A stretch of DNA of 64,000 bases from a virus, in IMG/VR virus record IMGVR_UViG_3300015371_000001, positions 64,001-128,000 of that record; one strand, 5' to 3'. Made by a program: the position numbers and the translations under genes. Each line of letters begins with the position of its first letter. The first letter of the stretch is position 1. The notes beneath the pieces are model-generated. The model was not told the DNA's origin. It worked only from the letters and a program-made list of their open reading frames with translations, and did not search any database. Below are positions 25,504-35,189 of this stretch, in pieces.

Positions 25504-26043
25504 ATGAAGAACCCAATTAGCATCACTAGTAACACCACACGGATTTCGGTCACGTTCCGCTGGGAGCCTGGGACCGGCCCGCACTTCGCTCGGCCTGGCT
25601 ACGAAGCTCCCGAGGTGTCGTTTCACGAGATCACGGCAGTTTCGAACTGCCCTGTGCGCCACCAGGAAATCACCATCGACGGTCGTGGCCACTACATCGA
25701 CTCTGACGGCAACCTTCAGGCGGACCTTGGTCCGCGCAGCATGGGGACGACTGGCATCGAGCACCCCAACATCCCCGAGGTGCTTCGGCACATGCTGTTC
25801 GAGGCGCTGCTTGAGGAGGCCGGGAAGGTCCTGGAAGGTAGCCGTGCGAACCACGGCGACTGCCCTGGCGGCTTGGGTTGTATCTGCAACCAGCCTGATG
25901 AGCCTGTTGCGCCCGACGACCTGGAGCAGGTCGTGGACGAGGCGATCCGCACGCGGAAGCCTGCGATCCCGGTCCACGACTGTGACGACTGGCACGACGG
26001 CGAGTGCTCTCGTTGTGGTCCGACGGGCAGGTGGAGTCGATGA
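25504..26043 (+). CDS. hypothetical protein
   Basis: RBS AGGAG; Cys/His-rich C-terminus. Confidence 0.6.
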   Translation: MKNPISITSNTTRISVTFRWEPGTGPHFARPGYEAPEVSFHEITAVSNCPVRHQEITIDGRGHYIDSDGNLQADLGPRSMGTTGIEHPNIPEVLRHMLFEALLEEAGKVLEGSRANHGDCPGGLGCICNQPDEPVAPDDLEQVVDEAIRTRKPAIPVHDCDDWHDGECSRCGPTGRWSR

Positions 26044-26438
26044 ACCTCAACGACTACTACTGTCACGACTGCCGTGACTGGCAGGCTGCCAGGCGCACCT
26101 CCGGTAAGGGCCGGGAGTGCCTGACCTGTGGCCACCAGATCCAGTGCGATGACTGCGGAGCAGGCTGGCACGACGATCATGTCTGCTACACCCCGCCGAT
26201 CACTCCGGATGGCCTGGAGAACGAGATCAAGGACTTGGTCTACAACGGCTTCACCCGTGAGGAGGCGGCGGCGCAGGTCGCCGACGCCAACGGTGGAGGC
26301 GACGGCTTCAGGGAACGGCTTCTGTCGCTCCTGCCGGAGGGTCCCCTTCCGGGCGAGGGTCCGATGGACAAGGGCCTGGAGATCGACGCCGGGATCTACT
26401 CGGCTGCGGTCGCCGCTGTGAGGAGGCGACGCCGATGA
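26040..26438 (+). CDS. Zn-finger-like protein
   Basis: CHDC, CLTC, CDDC motifs. Confidence 0.65.
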   Translation: MNLNDYYCHDCRDWQAARRTSGKGRECLTCGHQIQCDDCGAGWHDDHVCYTPPITPDGLENEIKDLVYNGFTREEAAAQVADANGGGDGFRERLLSLLPEGPLPGEGPMDKGLEIDAGIYSAAVAAVRRRRR

Positions 26439-26725
26439 ACGCACCTGACGGTCTTTACACCGATACGGTCGTGGACCTGTTCCTTCTCTGGAGTAAGGAA
26501 GGTGACGGCCCGAAGTTCAAGCGGCAGGGCTCGGACGTGGAGTACGAGTACAAGTCGATGAAGCTGACTGGCCGACTTCCCCTTGTCCGCGAGGCCGTGA
26601 TCATTACGGCCAATCCGCGAGGCTACCCGCTCAGCGCAAGCCACCAGTTGCTTTGGTCGGATTTGCCGGAGGACGTGTTCGAAGGACTTTGGGATCTCCT
26701 GACGAAGGAGGTGGCCAAGAAATGA
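26435..26725 (+). CDS. hypothetical protein
   Basis: RBS GAGGAGG; ATGA coupling. Confidence 0.65.
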   Translation: MNAPDGLYTDTVVDLFLLWSKEGDGPKFKRQGSDVEYEYKSMKLTGRLPLVREAVIITANPRGYPLSASHQLLWSDLPEDVFEGLWDLLTKEVAKK

Positions 26726-27003
26726 GACCAATCATGATGTGCCCTGGTGCTCCTGCCGGAGGGCATCTGTCAGGGGGTTACTGGCACCCCGGAGCTATCG
26801 AGACGTGCTCCAAAGGCCGGTGCGAGGACTACAACAAACAGGATGTGAAGCAGCATGATCAACGAGCAGCATGACGCGCTGGCTGAAGCGCTCTACAACG
26901 CCTGGAATCGGCGTACGGCGTTCCAGTGGAAGCTGGAGCACTGGCGCGAGGTCGTCGGCGACGACGAGGTTCAGGCGCTCCTGTCGGAGGGAGGTGAGCG
27001 TGC

Positions 27004-27354
27004 ATGAAGTGGCTGAAAATGCTTCTGGCTAGTGCGCTGGTCGTACTCACCTTCGGGTGTGCCCACGCTGACAGCGAGCCGTCTAAGCCCAGCGTCGACT
27101 ATGACTCCTGGCGGACCCAGATGAGGTCGCAGGCGATGACGCAGGGACAGGACTTGGATCTGACGGTGTACCGCGACGTGTTCCAGAACGATGTCTGCAA
27201 GATGGACGATGGTTCGTTCGATTACTTCGTTGCCGGGTCGGTCGATGACGGCACTGTCGAGTACGCCCGTATCAGCATCAAGTACTTCTGTTCTGACCGG
27301 ACAGCGGACCTGGAAGATGCGCTCGACATAGTCGGCTACACGCCGCCCTCATAG
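27004..27354 (+). CDS. lipoprotein
   Basis: Signal peptide with lipobox LTFGC. Confidence 0.75.
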   Translation: MKWLKMLLASALVVLTFGCAHADSEPSKPSVDYDSWRTQMRSQAMTQGQDLDLTVYRDVFQNDVCKMDDGSFDYFVAGSVDDGTVEYARISIKYFCSDRTADLEDALDIVGYTPPS

Positions 27355-27357
27355 ACC

Positions 27358-27468
27358 GAGTGCCGGGGCGTCAACGGAGTTTCCTATGGGACCTTTCCTT
27401 CGAAGGGCGGTCATGATGGAGGTTTTTCATCCCTGTTCCCTCCTAGCCGTACCTGCGCCCCGGCACTC
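27358..27468. ncRNA. candidate structured non-coding RNA
   Basis: Perfect 13-bp closing stem (GAGTGCCGGGGCG / CGCCCCGGCACTC) enclosing two further hairpins in an intergenic gap. Confidence 0.4.
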
Positions 27469-27536
27469 TCCCGATTCGATGCACATGGTGTTGTAGATCG
27501 TCTACATCGCCTAGTACGCTGGCTGTTGGAGGCAGC

Positions 27537-27872
27537 ATGAATCTTGTTCTTGACATCCTCGATTGGGTCCTTGCCGTCGTCATCCTGGTCATCTTCGTGT
27601 TCTTCACCGCGTCGGCGCTGTACCCGTGGTGGAACAAGACGAAGCAGGTTCGACTGCTCGGCTGGCCGACTCTGGTGGCATGGCTCGCCTCGTGGGCGAT
27701 TCTGTTCTACTTCGTGGACGTGATCGTGGACGGCTTCAAGGAGTTCGTCGGCTTCATGCTCGGGGTCGTTCTGATCCTCGGGATTGAGCGCATGTACCGG
27801 CGTGCCGATACAGCACATTTGAACTATTTGTTGAAGAACGCACCTAAGCGGGAGCCTGACGACGATGAGTGA
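27537..27872 (+). CDS. membrane protein (3 TM)
   Basis: GGAGGCAGC RBS; hydrophobic segments. Confidence 0.75.
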   Translation: MNLVLDILDWVLAVVILVIFVFFTASALYPWWNKTKQVRLLGWPTLVAWLASWAILFYFVDVIVDGFKEFVGFMLGVVLILGIERMYRRADTAHLNYLLKNAPKREPDDDE

Positions 27873-28182
27873 GTCCTACGTCGAGATCGACCGGATGCGT
27901 CTGGTCGCCGAGCGCCTGCGTACCAAGTGGCGCATGGTGTCTCAGAAGGGGTTGCCGAAGTACCAAGTCAGGAATCGAGCCGCCGACTTCGCGCTGGCTG
28001 ACTGGCTGGACTTCGTGGCCAACACGCACGAGGAGGACCCGACCGACTACTGCCGAGGCGGTGGTCATGCCGATTTTGTGTTGGGCGACCCCGGTCCGGT
28101 TCACCCTTGCACCTCGTGGTGGTGCCAGAACATGGACCAAGCGTTGAAGTTCACCAACGCCTTTTTGATGGAGACGACATGA
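27865..28182 (+). CDS. hypothetical protein
   Basis: Overlapping ORF chain. Confidence 0.6.
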   Translation: MSESYVEIDRMRLVAERLRTKWRMVSQKGLPKYQVRNRAADFALADWLDFVANTHEEDPTDYCRGGGHADFVLGDPGPVHPCTSWWCQNMDQALKFTNAFLMETT

Positions 28183-28311
28183 TTGAGATTGGAATGCACC
28201 TGGCCTGGACCATCTGCATCTCCGTTATCGCGATGGCCTTCGCGATCAGCGAGTTGGGCCACAAGAACTGCGTGCCCAAGGACCATAAGTGTCTCGCTGA
28301 GGACGACAACG

Positions 28312-28749
28312 ATGGCTAGGTTGTCCACCGGGATCTGCTTGGTCGCTGGCACTTGTACTGGCACTGTGTTCGGTCAGTCGTGGTGGCTCTTGACGATCCC
28401 GTACGTCTTGTACTCCGTGTTCGTGATCGTGTGGGCGGAGAGCTTCGTGGAGTTCTATCGGTGGGACGGCGAGGCGTTGCTGCTTTCGTCTGGCTTCGTG
28501 GCGCTCGGCACCTTGTTCCTGGCGTTCGCCATGACGACCGGTCCTGGCTGGCTGTTCGCGATGGTCGTGCTGATGTATGGGTTGACGATGATCAATCAGA
28601 TGTATACTCCACACATCATGCGAGTAGGTTGGCAGAGGCAGCGGCGAGGGCTCGACACCGAGCTTGCTGACAAGCTGCCCTACACTACCGACCTGGGCGC
28701 GATGCGCGACCGGTTCCGGCTCGGTCTGAAGGAGCACGCAGGCCGATGA
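28312..28749 (+). CDS. membrane protein (4 TM)
   Basis: Hydrophobic; start chosen at ATG 28312. Confidence 0.65.
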   Translation: MARLSTGICLVAGTCTGTVFGQSWWLLTIPYVLYSVFVIVWAESFVEFYRWDGEALLLSSGFVALGTLFLAFAMTTGPGWLFAMVVLMYGLTMINQMYTPHIMRVGWQRQRRGLDTELADKLPYTTDLGAMRDRFRLGLKEHAGR

Positions 28750-28994
28750 AGGCATACGTACTGGTTCAGATCGAGGCCGACGACGCCGAGCACACCCGTA
28801 TCCGAGTGGGCTCGATTCGGAAGGCGATCCACGGGATGGCGGAGTCCTTCGGGTACGAGAAGCAGGTCGCCGACATGCCGTTCTACGAGGACGAGGAGCG
28901 TACCTACGTCGGCACGCTCTCGTCGTATCCCGCGCTCGACAAGGAGTTCGAGCGGCACCGGAAGGTATGGCGAGGCGTGAAGGGGCAGCGATGA
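28746..28994 (+). CDS. hypothetical protein
   Basis: ATGA coupling. Confidence 0.65.
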   Translation: MKAYVLVQIEADDAEHTRIRVGSIRKAIHGMAESFGYEKQVADMPFYEDEERTYVGTLSSYPALDKEFERHRKVWRGVKGQR

Positions 28995-29461
28995 AGGATC
29001 GGCTTCAGTCGGCGGTTGACTCCGCCCGCGACCTCGGTGGTTTCTTTCTCTACAACTGGCCCATGTGGATCTTCACGGCAGTGTGGTGCGGCGGTCAGTT
29101 GGTGTTCTTGATGACGACCGTGGTCAACAACATCTTCTTCGACTCGGAGACGTACGCCAAGTACGAGTCCATCGTCTCCTTGACGTGGTTCGTGGTTGGT
29201 GGTGTCTGGCTCTTGATGCGCTCGCTCCTCTGGCCAGATCGGACCAGGCTGCGACAGGAACAGTGGAGGCGTCGGTGGCCGCTCTACATTTGTGGACGGA
29301 CGCAGACCGAGGGCGATGTCACCCACACCTGCGATCTGAAGAAGCACCACCCAGGCTTTCGGCACTCATGCCAGTGCCTCAGGGCTGGACATGCTTCAGG
29401 CCATGCTGGGATCTTCATGTGGGTCTACACCCAGCATGGCGTTCCCGTCGACCTGCTGTGA
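28991..29461 (+). CDS. membrane protein with Cys/His-rich C-terminus
   Basis: 2 TM, then C...HTC.L..HH..RH.C. Confidence 0.65.
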   Translation: MKDRLQSAVDSARDLGGFFLYNWPMWIFTAVWCGGQLVFLMTTVVNNIFFDSETYAKYESIVSLTWFVVGGVWLLMRSLLWPDRTRLRQEQWRRRWPLYICGRTQTEGDVTHTCDLKKHHPGFRHSCQCLRAGHASGHAGIFMWVYTQHGVPVDLL

Positions 29462-29579
29462 AAAACGGCTCGAAGTGAGTATCTAGACGATAGTCGTCCG
29501 GCTCCGGTGCGATAGGGACAGCTAAGGGTTTTGAAGTACCAGAGCATTGTGGAAGTACCTGCTACAAGGAGGCAGAGTA

Positions 29580-29870
29580 GTGAGTGAGGCAGTCGGCGCG
29601 GGAGCGCTGAGCGAGGACGAGGCGCAGCGCGCCCTCCAGAACGCCATCAACACCGAGATCTCGTCGGGGTGGCGTGTGGAATCCCAGATCCCCGGTCAGG
29701 CGACCCTGGCGAAGGGCCGTCACATCAATCACATCGGGCACGGTGTGGCCACCGTGTTGACCTGCGGGTTGTGGGCCCCGGTGTGGGCCATCTCCTGGGC
29801 GGTCAACAGGCGTCAGGTGCAAAGCCTGTCGGTCGACCAGTACGGCAACGTCCAGCGGCAGAAGCTCTGA
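29580..29870 (+). CDS. small membrane-associated protein
   Basis: GGAGGCAG RBS; GW.VES...NH..H...T.LT.GLW..VW motif seen in actinobacterial proteins. Confidence 0.75.
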   Translation: MSEAVGAGALSEDEAQRALQNAINTEISSGWRVESQIPGQATLAKGRHINHIGHGVATVLTCGLWAPVWAISWAVNRRQVQSLSVDQYGNVQRQKL

Positions 29871-29877
29871 GGTCATC

Positions 29878-30114
29878 GTGGAGACCGTGTTCTGGAGCGC
29901 CGTGTTCGCCGTAGCGGTGTGCGCGCCGAGCGCGTTGCTGTGTTGGGCGATGAGCCGGAGGATCAAGGCGGACTACCGCGAGGCACGGGCCAAGGCGAAG
30001 GCCGAGCACCAGGCGCGGATGGCCGCGATCCTGGCAGAGTTCGACCGAGAGCTTGAGCGACAAGGACTTCTGAGCGAGGTCAAGAACACCGAACAAGAGA
30101 GGCAGCAACCGTGA
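29878..30114 (+). CDS. TM + coiled-coil protein
   Basis: N-terminal TM segment. Confidence 0.6.
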   Translation: METVFWSAVFAVAVCAPSALLCWAMSRRIKADYREARAKAKAEHQARMAAILAEFDRELERQGLLSEVKNTEQERQQP

Positions 30115-30653
30115 GCGTAGAGAAGCGAGCAGCGCGCGTCCTGGCCGAGGCCGAGGAGCTATTGGACCAGGGCTGGATTCAGGGCACCGAGTGGGACGCC
30201 AATGGGAACCACTGCATGAGGGGCGCGATCAACGAGGTGATCGACAACCAGGTCACCCTCCGGGTCCGTCCGGGACTGCGGAAGAAGGTGCTTCACGCAG
30301 CGGTGGGAGCCACCAACACCGTGGTCACCAAGCAGTCGAGTTATCTCGGCGACGACACCCTGGTCTCCAAGCTGTGCTACGGGATGGAGTCGTACAACGA
30401 CACTTCCGGACGCACCAAGGAGCAGTGCCAGGGCGCGTTCAGGGCGGCGCGGCGCGGGTTGCTGGACGGACGGTTCGTGTTCGACCGGCACGCGCTACGC
30501 GCGATCACCGTGCAGGAGCCGAAGAAGGCCAAGGCACCTGCGCTGCCACCGGCTCCTCCGGAGCCCAGCTACAAGGGTGTGCCCAGCTTCGCGCCGTCGG
30601 CCAAGAAGCCGGTGAGCGAGAAGAAGGCACGCCGGGAGAAGGTCCACGCATGA
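30111..30653 (+). CDS. DUF6197-like protein, paralog 1
   Basis: A..L...GW.QG...HC..GA...YND..GRT..Q. Confidence 0.75.
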   Translation: MSVEKRAARVLAEAEELLDQGWIQGTEWDANGNHCMRGAINEVIDNQVTLRVRPGLRKKVLHAAVGATNTVVTKQSSYLGDDTLVSKLCYGMESYNDTSGRTKEQCQGAFRAARRGLLDGRFVFDRHALRAITVQEPKKAKAPALPPAPPEPSYKGVPSFAPSAKKPVSEKKARREKVHA

Positions 30654-31105
30654 GCCCCGAGCCGGAGCAGGTCGCCGAGGTCCTGGAGGACGCCGCCGAC
30701 CTGATCGAGTCCGGGTGGTGCCAGGGGACCTGGACGCGCAAGGCGGTGACCTGGAACGGGCAGGATGCCGGGGAGGAGGTCTGCGCGTCGGAGGCGATCT
30801 CGCGGATGGTCTGGAACAACACCAGCACCAAAGCCGAGCAGGTCGAGTTGTCGACTGCTGCGCACCGAGCGGTGCTCGAACACCTGGGCCCTGAGGAGTT
30901 GAAGCACCTGACCGAGCGGCTGGAGGTCGACCGGCAGCATGGTGATGGCTTCTTGACACCACACATCGTGCTTTCGCGGACTCGCGACCCTGTCATCGCC
31001 TGGAACGACCGTCCGTCCATCGACGGCGGGCCGAATAAGCAGGAGGTCCTGGACACCTTCCGAGGTGCGGCCAAGGACGTACTGAAGCCTGAGGAGGCAG
31101 CATGA
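30650..31105 (+). CDS. DUF6197-like protein, paralog 2
   Basis: AADLIE.GWCQG...VC..EA...WND...EVL..FR.AA. Confidence 0.75.
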   Translation: MSPEPEQVAEVLEDAADLIESGWCQGTWTRKAVTWNGQDAGEEVCASEAISRMVWNNTSTKAEQVELSTAAHRAVLEHLGPEELKHLTERLEVDRQHGDGFLTPHIVLSRTRDPVIAWNDRPSIDGGPNKQEVLDTFRGAAKDVLKPEEAA

Positions 31106-31647
31106 GTGAGGCGCGACTGAGCGCAATCGACCAGGTCATCGTGGACGCGATCCGGGGCGGGGCCGAGATCATCGAGCGGGACGGCTGGACCAAGGGCGAC
31201 CTGCACGCACCGACCGGTGAGCACTGCGCGTTGGGCGCGCTCGACGCCTGGCTGACCGAGCACACCCGTCACGGGACGGCGCTTGAGTACCTGAGGCTTC
31301 GTGAGCAGGTGCAGCAGGTGGTGAACCTGCATGTGCAGGACACGACGCGGTACTCCAACGTGGCGAGGTTCAACGACGCCACCCGGACCACCTACGCCGG
31401 TCAGGTGACTCGCAAGCTGCGGGAGGCGGCTGCCTGGTACGAGCGGACCCGGCTCGCTCAGGTCATGGGTTCGCTGACTGAGGTCGAGGCTGCGCTGAAG
31501 GCGGAGGCCAAGGCTGAGAAGAAGGCAGCAAAGGCCGAGCGCCGTGAGCAGCGCAAGATCAAGCGCAAGGCGCGGCGTTGGGGCCGGTCGCCGGTCACCT
31601 GGCCAGCCGAGGAGCAGGTCACCGACAAGGCCGAGGAGCGGGTGTGA
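31102..31647 (+). CDS. DUF6197-like protein, paralog 3
   Basis: GWTKG...HCALGAL...FND...V...LR.AA. Confidence 0.75.
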   Translation: MSEARLSAIDQVIVDAIRGGAEIIERDGWTKGDLHAPTGEHCALGALDAWLTEHTRHGTALEYLRLREQVQQVVNLHVQDTTRYSNVARFNDATRTTYAGQVTRKLREAAAWYERTRLAQVMGSLTEVEAALKAEAKAEKKAAKAERREQRKIKRKARRWGRSPVTWPAEEQVTDKAEERV

Positions 31648-32108
31648 GCACGACGATGGCGATTTCGGCGCTGGACATCCTGCCGGTCTATGACTCGGAG
31701 ACTTCGGAGGTCATCGGCGGGTTCGACCGGACGGTTCAGCGGGACGACTCCGAGCGGACCGCCGAGATCTGTGAGAACGCGGCCAAGCTCATCGAGGAGC
31801 GAGGTTGGACCCAGGACACCGCCGTCGGCGCGAACGGCGGTGTCTGTCTGGTCGAGGCGCTGACCCGCGCCGCGCTGGACAAGGTGATCTTCACCAGTGG
31901 CGGGGCCGACGAGTCGGTTCGGGCGGCGTTCCAGAGGGCGCTGGACCACATGGAGTGGACGCTGTTCGGCTCCAAGACGCTGGACGAGGGCTACAACATG
32001 GCGCGCTGGAACGACCGGATAGGGCGTCGGGAGCAAGAGGTCCTGGACGCGCTCCACACCGGAGCCAAGCTCGCACTCAACCCGGAGGCAGACCGTGGCG
32101 ATGCATGA
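31644..32108 (+). CDS. DUF6197-like protein, paralog 4
   Basis: GWTQ...VCLVEAL...WND..GR...EVLDAL. Confidence 0.75.
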   Translation: MSTTMAISALDILPVYDSETSEVIGGFDRTVQRDDSERTAEICENAAKLIEERGWTQDTAVGANGGVCLVEALTRAALDKVIFTSGGADESVRAAFQRALDHMEWTLFGSKTLDEGYNMARWNDRIGRREQEVLDALHTGAKLALNPEADRGDA

Positions 32109-32580
32109 TCATTCGGTCCTTTGTCCTCTGTGCAGTCCGACGATTGATCTGACCGAGCAGGAGGAGGCCAACCACATCGCGTCCGGGGTGAACCCGTCCA
32201 CCGGTACTCCGGCTGACCCTGGCATCAACACGCCGGAGCGTCGTCACGAGGACGAGCAGTTGGCTGACATCCTGGACCGGGCTGCCGATCTATTGGAGAC
32301 GCACGGTCGTTGCACCGAGCAGTTGGTCGACAAGGCGACCGGCGAGTTGTGTCTGGTCGGTGCGCTGATGAAGGCGAGCGACGAGCACGAGGTGGTCGGC
32401 AAGCGTCGTCGCCGGGTCTACCGGCACATGCTCGACACCACCTGGCTGGAGATGGATTTGCCTCGACTGTGGTTGTCGTCGTGGAACGACTCTAAATGGA
32501 CCACCGACCAACAAATCCTCGACGCCCTGCGTCTGGGAGCCAAGAACGCAAGAATGCCAAAACCGATGGAGGCAGAATGA
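32095..32580 (+). CDS. DUF6197-like protein, paralog 5
   Basis: AADLLETHG...LCLVGAL...WND..TT..QILDALR. Confidence 0.75.
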   Translation: MAMHDHSVLCPLCSPTIDLTEQEEANHIASGVNPSTGTPADPGINTPERRHEDEQLADILDRAADLLETHGRCTEQLVDKATGELCLVGALMKASDEHEVVGKRRRRVYRHMLDTTWLEMDLPRLWLSSWNDSKWTTDQQILDALRLGAKNARMPKPMEAE

Positions 32581-33128
32581 ATACCACAATCGGGACGTTG
32601 ACCGAGTCCCCCACCGTGCAGTTGTCGATCACCAAGAAGCTGATCGATGAGGCCGTCGTGGGAGACTCCTCCCACTGCATGGTCGCCAACGCGGTCAAGC
32701 AGGCCATCCCCCACGCGCGGCACGTCAGCGCCGACATTCAGTCGATTCGCTTCAGCGATCCGAGCAAGGGTGTCCGCTACATCTACCTGACGCCGCGCAA
32801 GGCGCAGGAGGCGATCCTGTCCTTCGACCGGGGCAACAAGCCCAAGCCGTTCCGGACTACGATTCGGAATGCCCATGTGACCGAGATGGGCAAGAAGAAG
32901 TCGCCGAAGAAGATGGTCAGGCGGACGAAGGACGGCCCGCGCAGCACGCCGATGGTCGTCGGTGGCAAGCCTGCGCCGATGGGAGCGCTGTCCGGTACGG
33001 CACGGACCAAGGCCACCAAGAAGGCGGCGGCGCGCAAGGTCGGCAAGCTCAACCAGCGTCGGGCAGGCGAGGCCACGGGCCGGATCGGTCGTCGCCGTGA
33101 GTTCGGCCTTCGGGCGATGGTCAAGTAG
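32577..33128 (+). CDS. basic hypothetical protein
   Basis: GGAGGCAG RBS; DSSHCMVA.A motif; Lys/Arg-rich tail. Confidence 0.7.
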   Translation: MNTTIGTLTESPTVQLSITKKLIDEAVVGDSSHCMVANAVKQAIPHARHVSADIQSIRFSDPSKGVRYIYLTPRKAQEAILSFDRGNKPKPFRTTIRNAHVTEMGKKKSPKKMVRRTKDGPRSTPMVVGGKPAPMGALSGTARTKATKKAAARKVGKLNQRRAGEATGRIGRRREFGLRAMVK

Positions 33129-33202
33129 CGCTTGGAGGTGAACCGAGTGCTGAGATTGGACGAGTGGGTCTACCCTGCGTGGTGGGACCCCAAGGAGGCA
33201 GC

Positions 33203-33724
33203 ATGAATCCCTTCGGCCAAGAGCCGGAAGATGCCGAGCTAGGCAAGAACACTACGGTCATGGATCGGTCCGGTGGGCATTCGGGTGTGGTGGCCAAATA
33301 CTACGTGGCTCCGCCGCAAGTCGGCTCGGACGAGTACGACGTGCTGGACGCTGCGTGGCTAGACCACTTTCCCGGTCGGTCGAAGAAGCCGATCATCTCC
33401 GACTTGGTTGCCGACGTGATGGAGGCGTGCGCGGACTACATGACCGAGGTCGGTCACACCAAGTACACGCTCATCGACAACGACGGCTCGGTGTGTTTGA
33501 CCGGCGCGGTTGACGGTGTCACGAACGGTTGGCCGTCGTGGCAGCGGACGCTGTTCATGGATCACATGGAGGCCGTGGTTCGGCCTCCACAGAGGCCGAT
33601 GGCGCTGATCATGTGGAACGACTATCCCGAGACGACGCAGGAGCAGGTGGTCGAGGGCTTCCGGAAGGCTGCCAAGGTCGCTCGTGGAGCACCATTGGAG
33701 GATGCCTCCGATGGATCTCAATGA
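33203..33724 (+). CDS. DUF6197-like protein, paralog 6
   Basis: GSVCLTGA...WND.PETT.EQV...FRKAAK; GGAGGCAGC RBS. Confidence 0.75.
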   Translation: MNPFGQEPEDAELGKNTTVMDRSGGHSGVVAKYYVAPPQVGSDEYDVLDAAWLDHFPGRSKKPIISDLVADVMEACADYMTEVGHTKYTLIDNDGSVCLTGAVDGVTNGWPSWQRTLFMDHMEAVVRPPQRPMALIMWNDYPETTQEQVVEGFRKAAKVARGAPLEDASDGSQ

Positions 33725-34082
33725 CCCGAAGCGAAAGCGGTACTACCCTCCCCGGCGTCCGACCGAAGTCTTTATGGCCAAGCTCGCGGCTGCGATCCAG
33801 GACTACCGGGAGTGGACCGGGCTGTCCCAGCGCGAGCTAGGCGAGCGGATCGGTCTAGAGCACTCCTCGGTGTCCAAGCTGGAGAAGGGCCAACGGATGC
33901 CGTCGATGTGGATTCTGGAGAACCTGGCCAGGGCCGGGGTCATCACCATCTTCATCTCGAAAAGCGGCACACAGATCAAGGCAGTCAAGAGTGAGCAGAA
34001 CAAGAGCCCGGATCATCAACCCGCGCCAGGCGGACCTGGCGCAAGCTCGGGAGTTCGTCCGCTCCCTGGTGGCTCTGCGTAA
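33711..34082 (+). CDS. XRE-family HTH protein
   Basis: GLSQRELGERIGL..SSVSKLEKG.R.PS. Confidence 0.8.
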   Translation: MDLNDPKRKRYYPPRRPTEVFMAKLAAAIQDYREWTGLSQRELGERIGLEHSSVSKLEKGQRMPSMWILENLARAGVITIFISKSGTQIKAVKSEQNKSPDHQPAPGGPGASSGVRPLPGGSA

Positions 34083-34260
34083 GATCCAGGGACTTACGCA
34101 GGCGCAGGTCGCCAAGCGGATGGGCGTGCCGCAGTCACAGATCTCGGTCCTGGAGAACGAGCACCACGTACTTCGGCTCGACACCCTTCAGCGTTACGCC
34201 AGAGCCATCGGGGCCACGCTTCACTTCACCTACACCGTGGACGAGGCCAAGGTCGAGTAG
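33991..34260 (+). CDS. XRE-family HTH protein
   Basis: LRK..GLTQAQVAKRMGV.QS.IS.LEN...L.TLQRYA.AIG. Confidence 0.85.
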   Translation: MSRTRARIINPRQADLAQAREFVRSLVALRKIQGLTQAQVAKRMGVPQSQISVLENEHHVLRLDTLQRYARAIGATLHFTYTVDEAKVE

Positions 34261-34289
34261 GCTGGAGCCCTATCTATTTGGAGGCAGCA

Positions 34290-34781
34290 ATGTGTGAATA
34301 CTGTGGTGACCCGACGGTGGCGGCTGATCTTCCGACGCCAGACATCCCCAAGCTCCGCAAGCTCTATGAGTGGGCGTGCGAGCAGGATGCGTTGCGGAAG
34401 AAGTCGTTTCGTGCAGGCGACTACGACTTGACCGAATGGGCTCAGGGGCAGTGGGCGCAGAAGATCGTGGGTGTAGAAGGCGTCTGCGGTACGGCGTACT
34501 GCATAGCCGGGAAGGCGGCGGCGGAGGCTGGCGCGACCTGGACCGAGCAGCAGTTGAGCGGTGAGCACGGTGGGTCGACCTGCACGCTGCCGAATGGCAG
34601 GGTCATGACCGTACGCATTTTTGCGCAGCAGGACTTGGGTCTGTCGCATAGCGAGGCCAGCCGGTTGTTCCACGGCACGAACGACATCGGCACGATCCAC
34701 CATGTCCTGAGGGACATCTGGGAGCGGGCTGGGGAGAAGTTCGACCTGACGCTTCCAGAGCATTTGACTGATTCGGACTGA
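34290..34781 (+). CDS. hypothetical phage protein (W.QG.W...CGTAYCIAG)
   Basis: GGAGGCAGC RBS; motif seen in actinophage accessory proteins. Confidence 0.7.
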   Translation: MCEYCGDPTVAADLPTPDIPKLRKLYEWACEQDALRKKSFRAGDYDLTEWAQGQWAQKIVGVEGVCGTAYCIAGKAAAEAGATWTEQQLSGEHGGSTCTLPNGRVMTVRIFAQQDLGLSHSEASRLFHGTNDIGTIHHVLRDIWERAGEKFDLTLPEHLTDSD

Positions 34782-34784
34782 ACG

Positions 34785-35189
34785 ATGGGACGCTTTGCCG
34801 ATACGTTGCGCAAGGAGATGGAGCCTGAAAATCCTCTGCGCAGCGGCGATACCCAGGTGGCGTTGATCCACTTCCTGGCGCGTCTGGAGGCGTTGGAGGC
34901 CGAGGAGCAGCAGGCCATCGAGCAGGCCACCGACAAGGCGCTGGAGCGGATGGGTCACCCACCGTACCGAGGGCCGTTGATCAGAGACGTACGTGCCGTT
35001 CTGAAGCGTCGTAGGGATCGCCGGGGGGAGATGGTCACCGAGCCTGAGATCGAGGCTCCAGCGCCCGTAGACGACGATCCTGAGGGTGGCTGGTTCTTCT
35101 CCGTGCAGGGGATGATCAGGTTCGAGGACGGAGAGGGGATCTTCGATGAACAGGAAGCCCCCGAATTGGAAAAAGATGCCACCGGATGA
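34785..35189 (+). CDS. hypothetical protein
   Basis: ORF in gene chain. Confidence 0.55.
   Translation: MGRFADTLRKEMEPENPLRSGDTQVALIHFLARLEALEAEEQQAIEQATDKALERMGHPPYRGPLIRDVRAVLKRRRDRRGEMVTEPEIEAPAPVDDDPEGGWFFSVQGMIRFEDGEGIFDEQEAPELEKDATG

Noticed and set aside
30191-30649. Upstream extensions of track ORFs (30191, 247, 12393, 35545, 60594, 40043)
   Set aside because: They overlap upstream genes; downstream starts have RBS, coupling or promoter support.
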